32,000 bases of DNA, taken from assembly GCA_964354495.1 (NCBI GenBank), contig CAYHAA010000016.1:21034-53033 (forward strand), written 5' to 3'. Below, one piece after another: positions 17,939 through 24,542 of this stretch; the stretch's first letter is position 1; every line of letters starts with the position of its first letter. Source of the stretch: an uncultured archaeon. GTDB lineage: Archaea; Asgardarchaeota; Thorarchaeia; Thorarchaeales; Thorarchaeaceae. The notes under the pieces were generated by a model. The model saw only the letters and a list, made by a program, of their open reading frames with translations. It was not told the origin of the DNA and did not search any database. The position numbers and the translations under genes were made by a program.

Positions 17939-19320
17939 GAGTCGTCACTTGGATTCTCCGGATTGCCTCGATTGCCACGTTTGCAGGCATGGCGTATCTT
18001 GTGTACAGTCTACTTGACTCCAATGACATCTGGCACTGGGCGGCTCCCTACGATTTTGTTGTAACTGTATTTCGTTTACTATCACTGCTCATCTTCTTCT
18101 TTACAAGTACTATGATCAGTGGACTCGCAGCTGCTCTCTCTGGTACTCTTCCAAACGATATCATAGTGGGTCTCTACAACGTCATTGTTCTTCGGTCGTG
18201 GTACATGCAACCATATGGTGTGGATGACCCGATGACCAATCTGGGACAAGTATGGGCTTCGTTCCAATCCAATCTTGCTCAAGTCCTTGCAGCTCTCTGG
18301 GATAATACCTTCCTCTTCTTGTATTTTCTATTTGCAGGAATTGGTATTGCACTCTTTCTGCAGTCTCTCTTCAGAATGGACCACAAGTTCGTCGGTGGTG
18401 CATTCATATCAATTCAGTCAATTCTGATTCTTGCTGCTTACAAGTTGCTGACGGTTCCCAATCTTGACCCATTTCCAACGGATTTTGTGGTCTTTCTAAG
18501 CGCGAATGCTCAACTTCTGGCACTAGTTTCCTTTGCCTATCTGGAGGTCAGTTACCAAATGATCTACAGCTACTCGGTTGGTAAACCCATTGAGGATCGA
18601 GAAGAGACCCTCAAGAAGCAGCTGCTGGCCCTCAGACAGGCAACAAGAAAGCAGGATGCCATCGAGAGAGGCGAGAAGGTAAGCATAACGGGCATGAGCC
18701 GTACGTCAGGATTGATTGCCTTCTCATTCCTACGAGAAGCAATCGAACGAAAGGTTGTTGGCACGCAGGATGCACTTGAGAATCTTGACGCAATCTCTGA
18801 TGTGCGGCGTCTCCAGATATTTGTTGATGAATTGCTTCAATCAGATTCGAAAGCAAAGGATGAGCTCACTGCGAAGGCAGCATCGCCATCATCGTTCTAT
18901 GTAATCGGGTCGGCGATAACCGGTTCTGCAATCAGATTTCTGAGTATCATTGCGATTGCATTCATTCTACTCAATCCCAGCGCGCTCATGATTCTACTCA
19001 ACTTGCCGCAGGGAATTGAGCACAGTATCGAGATACTCCAACCAGAGATAATACTGCTCTTTCTTGTCCCGATTATCCTTGCATTTCCATTTGTTTCGAT
19101 GATTATTACTTGGTTTTCAAAGAGGGAAGTTGAGGAAACAGAGGAACTCACCAACGAAGAGAAGGAAGCGGAACGACAGCGGAAGAAGGAGTCTGCTCGA
19201 CGTCGAAAGGAGGCAGCGAAGGCTCGAAAAGCTAGGGCAGAGGCAAGAAAGAAGCGGAAGGGCCATGAGATTGAAGTTGACGAGTGGGACAAAGCCTTGG
19301 AAGATAGCTATCGACGGTAG
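17935..19320 (+). CDS. Uncharacterised polytopic membrane protein with a large charged cytoplasmic loop and a K/R/E-rich C-terminal tail
   Basis: 461-aa ORF with about 7-8 hydrophobic segments. Its TTG start overlaps the DUF58 stop (TTGA), which indicates translational coupling. No family recognised. Confidence 0.75.
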   Translation: MRVVTWILRIASIATFAGMAYLVYSLLDSNDIWHWAAPYDFVVTVFRLLSLLIFFFTSTMISGLAAALSGTLPNDIIVGLYNVIVLRSWYMQPYGVDDPMTNLGQVWASFQSNLAQVLAALWDNTFLFLYFLFAGIGIALFLQSLFRMDHKFVGGAFISIQSILILAAYKLLTVPNLDPFPTDFVVFLSANAQLLALVSFAYLEVSYQMIYSYSVGKPIEDREETLKKQLLALRQATRKQDAIERGEKVSITGMSRTSGLIAFSFLREAIERKVVGTQDALENLDAISDVRRLQIFVDELLQSDSKAKDELTAKAASPSSFYVIGSAITGSAIRFLSIIAIAFILLNPSALMILLNLPQGIEHSIEILQPEIILLFLVPIILAFPFVSMIITWFSKREVEETEELTNEEKEAERQRKKESARRRKEAAKARKARAEARKKRKGHEIEVDEWDKALEDSYRR

Positions 19321-19336
19321 ACTGACCTAAGATTGA

Positions 19337-21658
19337 CTAATGAGTTGAAAAAATCACTGTAATTGCTGTGCTGAGTACCCAGACAACAGTCACAACAGCC
19401 TCCCCTGCGACGATACCGCTGAGTATCCTGCTGACTCTACCGTAATCTGCATCCTGAATCTCAATCTGCTGTTGTGGCAAACCTGCGCTTGAGATGGGCT
19501 CCTGAAGCTGTTGTCGTTTCTGGACTCGGTAATTGATGTACCCACCGATGAGGATTGCAACAACCGTGGCAGGCGGAATCAATACCCCGACAACTAGGCT
19601 CATCGGGCTCATGCCACGTCTATTGAGTTCTCTTCCCGCAAGAAAGCCCCCGATAGCAAAGGACAGTAGATAGGCAAATACGAGAACTGGGTGAACGCCT
19701 TCAAACTGATTCATCCCCGGAAGTTGCAGCTCGCCAATCCCCTGAAGGCTGATCACGAGAAAACCAAAGAGTTGCGCTGCGGGGCTTGGGAGATCCTTTC
19801 CGCCAAAACCGTTGTATGTATCGAACAATGTGTAGGTGATGAACGCCCCCATCGTCGTGCCAAGCATAGCGCCGACTATGACCGCTACTAGAATACTTCT
19901 CCCCCTAACTCCCGTCAGACGTCCAAGCTTAAGATGTGCTAGGAGCGAGATTGCCGCAACTTGAAGTGCGCCAAGCATTGACATGAATGTTGTTATGACT
20001 ACAAAGGAGACCTTGAACAAGAGAATTGCTGGTATTGCCACAATATCTGAGATGTATCCTGCAAGCATTCCTGTTTCACTCATGGCACGCGCGGTGAAGT
20101 AGACAGAGATCAGTGCAATGGGTGTTCCGACTATGAAGAGAAGCCAATGTATCTGGACGCCGGGGAAGGGTTGGATGAACCAGAAGACAATGATTCCAAC
20201 GATTATGAAGAGGCTCAACGATAGAAACGAGATCCATGGAGGCAGACGTCCTCTTCTGGATACTAGATACTCCCGAGGATTCATGACAATCTCGCGTATC
20301 TCCTCTCTGATCATCTCAATCGAAAAGAGCTCTCCCTTGACTCTCATCATCTGCGGAAGTTCAAGACTCTTATGAGGCGTATCTACTGTCACTCCGCGTT
20401 CCTTCTGAGCGAATGCGGCAGATGCCTGCTTTTCGAATTCTTCGGGAGTCATCTCTTCATCGCGTTTTTTGTTGCGACCTCCCATGAAATCGCCGGCTAT
20501 TACTGTGACAAACACCCCCAGAGCAATATAGATGATTTCTGCCCTCTTGATATGCTCCTCATATTTGATTGCAGGATTGGCTCCCTCCAAGAAGAACCAC
20601 ACTAGTAATGATGCCACACTTCCCATGGCCATGACCAGCGACCTCTTCCAGCCGACAAAGAAGCCTATTCCTACCATCATCGGAGAGTTACTGACACCGA
20701 TCCATGCGGGTATGGCTGATGCTGCTGGAACTGCCTGCGCTAGGGCATTTGGAAAGGAACTCAGGTTTGCTCCTGTTAGGCTCTCTGTTGCCTTCATTGT
20801 GCCCGTCCACGCGGCCGACCCTGCAATTCCAATTCCTACTGCCTTCTTTGCTCTAATATCCCCACCAATTGAATTGATTGTGAATGCTTGTGGTCGAACC
20901 TGTGGCCATGCTTCGTGTTCAAACCGGTCTCTGAATGGTGCCAGCAGAATGATGCCAAAGAACGCACTGAGTCCGGTTACAAGCATAATGAAGCTGAGAG
21001 TGGTTGTGGGATTATAGTCAGCGTGAGTCATGTTGAATAGAGGATTCCCTGGCTCGAAGATAGCAATAGCTGGGAATGTGATTAGGACACCAATTGAAAC
21101 CATGGCTGATGAATTGGCAATCGCTACGACGATGGTGTTCTCTTGTGCTGTATATCTGCCACCTACACTGAGCAAGATAGCACCCAGCATCTCTGCTCCA
21201 ACTAGGAATACAACGCCCAGCTTCAAGGCAAGCCAGATTCCAAGAAAAGTCATTATTACGCCAACTAACAGTCCTGTTCCGAGAGCCCGCTTTGTTAGTG
21301 GGTACTTGGGTTCGGCAAGGACTGCACCATAGACCAGCAGTCCAGCTGTTGCCATTAGTACAGTGTGATGAAGAGGTACGATGACTGAGAGAAGCCAGCT
21401 GATTGACAGATAGGCTAGTGCAATGAGCGAGAGGACTCCCAGCTCCAGACTGTCAGGGGGCTGCTTGAAGACTGACATGTAGAGCAGTGCAATCTCTATG
21501 ATGAGTGCAATGACCACACCGGGGTTGGCCCATCCTCCCTCTCCAATCACGTAGAGAAGATACACAATGCCTGCAAGAAAGATCCCTGCCAATAGTGCTC
21601 TGGTTGAATCAGGAAAGATGCCCCTCAGTCGCCGAAGAGTCAGGTGGGTCATCTTCAT
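19337..21658 (-). CDS. OPT (oligopeptide transporter/YSL) family transporter with an extra hydrophobic N-terminal extension
   Basis: LTKRALGTG...LALKLG, ENTIVVAIANS, GVLITFPAI, PSPAAQLFG and GIVAGEA resemble OPT family motifs. Many TM segments are present. Confidence 0.75.
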   Translation of the reverse strand: MKMTHLTLRRLRGIFPDSTRALLAGIFLAGIVYLLYVIGEGGWANPGVVIALIIEIALLYMSVFKQPPDSLELGVLSLIALAYLSISWLLSVIVPLHHTVLMATAGLLVYGAVLAEPKYPLTKRALGTGLLVGVIMTFLGIWLALKLGVVFLVGAEMLGAILLSVGGRYTAQENTIVVAIANSSAMVSIGVLITFPAIAIFEPGNPLFNMTHADYNPTTTLSFIMLVTGLSAFFGIILLAPFRDRFEHEAWPQVRPQAFTINSIGGDIRAKKAVGIGIAGSAAWTGTMKATESLTGANLSSFPNALAQAVPAASAIPAWIGVSNSPMMVGIGFFVGWKRSLVMAMGSVASLLVWFFLEGANPAIKYEEHIKRAEIIYIALGVFVTVIAGDFMGGRNKKRDEEMTPEEFEKQASAAFAQKERGVTVDTPHKSLELPQMMRVKGELFSIEMIREEIREIVMNPREYLVSRRGRLPPWISFLSLSLFIIVGIIVFWFIQPFPGVQIHWLLFIVGTPIALISVYFTARAMSETGMLAGYISDIVAIPAILLFKVSFVVITTFMSMLGALQVAAISLLAHLKLGRLTGVRGRSILVAVIVGAMLGTTMGAFITYTLFDTYNGFGGKDLPSPAAQLFGFLVISLQGIGELQLPGMNQFEGVHPVLVFAYLLSFAIGGFLAGRELNRRGMSPMSLVVGVLIPPATVVAILIGGYINYRVQKRQQLQEPISSAGLPQQQIEIQDADYGRVSRILSGIVAGEAVVTVVWVLSTAITVIFSTH

Positions 21659-21697
21659 TGTAGGGACACTCTCCTAGTCAGGGATACACGGTCAATC

Positions 21698-21749
21698 TCA
21701 CATGTGACTTATGAGGTCCTCTAGGTGAGGATTATGACCTCTATTTATA
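21698..21749 (-). promoter_or_regulatory. Probable promoter of the OPT gene: TATA box plus a downstream palindrome
   Basis: Minus-strand TATAAATA at 21749-21742 and a perfect palindrome TCACATGTGA at 21698-21707, between the expected TSS and the ATG. Confidence 0.45.
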
Positions 21750-21752
21750 GTT

Positions 21753-22055
21753 CTATATCGCCTCTGAGAGTTTCTGAATGGCAGCCTCTCTTGTCATATC
21801 TGTCACTAGAAGCGTCTTCTCTCGGCTCTTATGGCCTGCGACTATCGTGATACTTCCTGTGGTCACTCCAAGTGTCTTGGCCATCCTCTTGACCAGCTCG
21901 GTGTTTGCCTTCCCTTCTCTTGCTGGTCCTGTCAGGTTCAAGTGAACTGCCTCCGGCGTCATTTCTGATACGAACTCCTTGGACCTTGAATTGGGTTTCA
22001 CAATCACCTTGATGAAGGTCCCCCGTTCATTCTCCCATATGGATTTCTCACTCAT
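21753..22055 (-). CDS. DUF167 / UPF0235 (YggU-like) protein
   Basis: IKVIVKPNS, PAREGKANTELV...LAKTLGV and GHKSREKT. The start is moved to ATG 22055; ATG 22073 is also possible. The track start at 22169 overlaps the divergent promoter. Confidence 0.85.
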   Translation of the reverse strand: MSEKSIWENERGTFIKVIVKPNSRSKEFVSEMTPEAVHLNLTGPAREGKANTELVKRMAKTLGVTTGSITIVAGHKSREKTLLVTDMTREAAIQKLSEAI

Positions 22056-22184
22056 ATCTATGAGAATGTCCATAGCCTCCATAAGTCTATTCCCAGAATG
22101 TGCATTGAAGCCATCAACGATTTGTTTAATTGTAAAGTTTCGGTGAAGTTCCTTGGACGTAGTGTTCAACGGGGTGAATCCATC

Positions 22185-22565
22185 ATGGGCGATCCTGTAA
22201 TGGATGCATACACAATGGCGTATAACAGTTCAGGGAACATGATACAAGCCTTTGGGGTAATTACTGAAGGTGGGCAAGTCCTGTGGCAAAGCAACAACTG
22301 GGATCTGACTGCCGATGCCAGTGGCCTCATCTCTGCAGTGAAGTCACGTAGTCCTGCAGTCACACAGAACAACATTCGCTACTCCACAATGAGATCCACA
22401 CCTGAGAGTCTTGTCGCCCGCAATGTTCAGGGAAATGGAATCTTGATCCTGGCCAAGATTGAGGGTCAGAAGTGGGTTGTGGCATGGAGTGCACCGAACG
22501 CTCAGCCTGATGGTGTCTATGTCGATGTAGACCGGGCTGCAAAGGCACTCAAGGGCAGAATTTGA
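22185..22565 (+). CDS. Asgard-type profilin, copy 1
   Basis: 126 aa from ATG 22185 (SD GGGGTGA). QAFGVI...VLWQSNNWDL, IRY...TPESLVARNVQGNG and AWSAPNAQPDGVYVDVDRAAKAL match the pattern of Loki/Heimdall/Thor profilins as I recall it (QTENWD, GIKY, ERLxxTNxxGKGH). Confidence 0.85.
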   Translation: MGDPVMDAYTMAYNSSGNMIQAFGVITEGGQVLWQSNNWDLTADASGLISAVKSRSPAVTQNNIRYSTMRSTPESLVARNVQGNGILILAKIEGQKWVVAWSAPNAQPDGVYVDVDRAAKALKGRI

Positions 22566-22602
22566 TGGTGCTGCCCACGTGAGGGGAACTGTAGAATAAT
22601 AT

Positions 22603-22620
22603 GGGAGAATGATTTCTCCC
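22603..22620. promoter_or_regulatory. Perfect 7-bp inverted repeat between the two profilin genes
   Basis: GGGAGAA-TGAT-TTCTCCC, downstream of AT-rich AATAATAT and just upstream of the profilin-2 SD (GGAGG). Confidence 0.4.
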
Positions 22621-22639
22621 TTGCTCAGGAGGCCGTGAC

Positions 22640-23014
22640 ATGGAGTCTGCCATCAGCCGTCAATGGTATCAGCTGTACACGAACAATCCGAAAATACAGG
22701 CATTTGCTGTAGCCAAAGGAGACCAGGTCGTTTGGCAGACTGAAAACTGGAATCTACTCGACGACATCAAACAGATAGTCAATGCTCCAAAGGAGGAGGC
22801 AAGCAAGGTCTCTGTTGGCGGAATCAAGTACAAGCGAATTGCCTCTACCCTAGATGCTTACTTGGGAACTGCCCCCGATGGCAAGGGGCATCTGTTGATG
22901 GCGCGGATAAATGAAGGAGGCTGGGCCATCGCTTGGGCTGAGTCCACTTCGGTTCCTGAACTGGCACTTGTTGATCTCGCCAAGGCCGCAATACACCTCA
23001 GCGGCGATGTATAG
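22640..23014 (+). CDS. Asgard-type profilin, copy 2 (divergent paralog)
   Basis: 124 aa with IQAFAV...VVWQTENWNL, VGGIKY, GKGHLLMARI and AWA...P..ALVDLAKAA. SD GGAGG lies 7 nt upstream. Confidence 0.82.
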   Translation: MESAISRQWYQLYTNNPKIQAFAVAKGDQVVWQTENWNLLDDIKQIVNAPKEEASKVSVGGIKYKRIASTLDAYLGTAPDGKGHLLMARINEGGWAIAWAESTSVPELALVDLAKAAIHLSGDV

Positions 23015-23029
23015 TCTAGAATGCGTTCT

Positions 23030-23776
23030 CTATGGGACTGATTCACTTGCGAACAGAATATCTCGTGTCTTCAAGAGCACATCGCGATATTCTTTTGACC
23101 CCAGAGAATAGATCTGTAGCAAGGTCTCATAGATCTTGAGAACTTCCTTATCTGCTACATCGCCTTTTACAAGGTCGGCAATCTTCGTTCGCCATTCTGC
23201 TTGCATCAACTCGCCCTTCATCACTAACTCTTGGAGTTCCTTACGCTTCTCCTTGGGAATCTTTAGATCAAAGTTTGCAATCATGGTTGTGATGAAGGAC
23301 TCCACCATCTTTGCCAAGGTTGATGCTCCACCAGCCCATTCACCCTTGGTCAAGACAAAGCCCTTTGCTGTGCGACGCCAGTAATCTGTTGTGCGCTTTC
23401 CTGTGGTCACGGTTCCATACTTGATGACATATCCGCCTTTTTCCAGCGTAGGTAGATGGTGATAGACTTGGTTCTTGGATATCTCAATGTCAGGACCACA
23501 ACAATCTGTGGACAGCTTCACTATCTCGATAACACTGAGAGCATCACGCTTCAGTTCTCTCACTCTGATGATTTTGTCTCCATTCTTGTCCACGCTTTCT
23601 GTGGTCACGGTGTCGTTGACGCCTTCTCTCAAGACCTGTAGAATCTGATATCTCACGGGCTCATCCAAGATAACAGCTCGTTCCTGATCTGTTACGAAGA
23701 CAATCTCTTTCTGCGGTCTTCTTCCCTCGTCCGTTAGAACGATTCCCTTCAGGCTATCTGTGATCTCATCACCCAT
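23030..23776 (-). CDS. ArsR-like winged-helix transcriptional regulator with a C-terminal helical domain
   Basis: EPVRYQILQVL...LSVIEIVKL...SKNQVYHHLPTLEKGGYV...YWRRTA. A Cys-Cys pair (STDCCG) just before the recognition helix may be a sensor site. Confidence 0.8.
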   Translation of the reverse strand: MGDEITDSLKGIVLTDEGRRPQKEIVFVTDQERAVILDEPVRYQILQVLREGVNDTVTTESVDKNGDKIIRVRELKRDALSVIEIVKLSTDCCGPDIEISKNQVYHHLPTLEKGGYVIKYGTVTTGKRTTDYWRRTAKGFVLTKGEWAGGASTLAKMVESFITTMIANFDLKIPKEKRKELQELVMKGELMQAEWRTKIADLVKGDVADKEVLKIYETLLQIYSLGSKEYRDVLLKTRDILFASESVP

Positions 23777-23794
23777 CTTCGTGTCCCTCGATGC

Positions 23795-23872
23795 TCATTG
23801 CTGTCCGTATCGTTCAACGAAGGCACGATATGACTTGATTATGTCAACACGCCTCTTCGTTTTGGAGTACAT
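23795..23872 (-). CDS. Putative 25-aa upstream micro-ORF (MYSKTKRRVDIIKSYRAFVERYGQQ)
   Basis: The ATG lies about 30 nt downstream of the minus-strand TATA-like TTTTAAAT (23910-23903). The ORF fills the otherwise long 5' region of the ArsR-like gene. Confidence 0.4.
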   Translation of the reverse strand: MYSKTKRRVDIIKSYRAFVERYGQQ

Positions 23873-23902
23873 CTGTCTTGTTTAACACTGTCGCCTCTGC
23901 AC

Positions 23903-23954
23903 ATTTAAAATTATTGGTAAATGCTTAGCCATTAAACCATTTGTCTGGCAAACG
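23903..23954 (-). promoter_or_regulatory. TATA-like box for the ArsR-like transcript plus a degenerate operator copy
   Basis: TTTTAAAT (minus, 23910-23903). CATTTGT-CTG-GCAAACG (23938-23954) matches the 24024-24040 palindrome arms at 10 of 14 positions. Confidence 0.4.
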
Positions 23955-24023
23955 TTTTCAATATCTCCATATAACAAACTAAATACTCAACATAGTGTTT
24001 CTATAGCACCAAAAACTAGTAAT

Positions 24024-24046
24024 GGTTTGTCACACAAACCTTATAT
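24024..24046 (+). promoter_or_regulatory. Operator palindrome abutting the TATA box of the micro-ORF transcript
   Basis: GGTTTGT-CAC-ACAAACC (perfect 7-bp arms) is directly followed by TTATAT (24041-24046). The first ATG is 34 nt downstream. Confidence 0.6.
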
Positions 24047-24079
24047 GTGATTGGTGCATACGTCAACACGTGAACTACT

Positions 24080-24187
24080 ATGAATCACAGGAAGAACACT
24101 CTCACCTACTATGGAACATGGAACGAAAAGATGGCTCGAGTCTACACACTTGATGCCATTGGATATGCGTACGTATACAGGAGGTAG
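24080..24187 (+). CDS. Micro-ORF A, 35 aa (MNHRKNTLTYYGTWNEKMARVYTLDAIGYAYVYRR)
   Basis: Correctly spaced downstream of the TATA box. It shares the C-terminal DAIxYAYxYR motif with ORF B, with synonymous codon differences. Confidence 0.65.
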   Translation: MNHRKNTLTYYGTWNEKMARVYTLDAIGYAYVYRR

Positions 24188-24192
24188 AAAAC

Positions 24193-24282
24193 ATGGCACT
24201 CGCGAAACAAACAAAGAGAAAGGATGAATCTAGGAAGCAGATCTCTACAGATGCTATAACCTATGCATACATGTACAGGTAG
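24193..24282 (+). CDS. Micro-ORF B, 29 aa (MALAKQTKRKDESRKQISTDAITYAYMYR)
   Basis: A strong SD AGGAGGT (24179-24185) lies 7 nt before the ATG. It shares the DAIxYAYxYR motif with ORF A. Confidence 0.7.
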   Translation: MALAKQTKRKDESRKQISTDAITYAYMYR

Positions 24283-24288
24283 ATTGCT

Positions 24289-24402
24289 ATGAGTAGAGAA
24301 GACGAAACTACCATGTCCGACTGCCGCCAGGTTGTCTTGATGGAAGCTCCGATGCGCCCATCCGTGACCACAGAAGAGGTGCTCCTGTGGGAAGCCACTT
24401 GA
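24289..24402 (+). CDS. Micro-ORF C, 37 aa (MSREDETTMSDCRQVVLMEAPMRPSVTTEEVLLWEAT)
   Basis: Starts 6 nt after the ORF B stop, with a weak SD (AGGT). It lacks the shared motif, so support is positional only. Confidence 0.4.
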   Translation: MSREDETTMSDCRQVVLMEAPMRPSVTTEEVLLWEAT

Positions 24403-24542
24403 GCGCTTCCATACTCTTTCTAATGGATATTCACAATAGATTCAAGGCATTCTTCTAGATTGCTCTCTTATTGACCACTAATTCTTAACACTTGGCAGCA
24501 CCCGCAGAAATACAAATCGTGAGATCTGACCGGCTTTTGCAA

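Noticed and set aside
22056-22184. Track N-terminal extensions of DUF167 (to 22169) and profilin 1 (from 22098), including the idea that this profilin has an extended N-terminus
   Set aside because: The two extensions overlap head-to-head across the divergent promoter. ATG 22185 has a good SD and gives a normal-length profilin.
24403-24542. An 11-codon ORF (MDIHNRFKAFF, from 24423) as a fourth member of the peptide operon
   Set aside because: It is too short, with no SD and no shared motif. The region is more likely terminator or 3' UTR space between convergent units.
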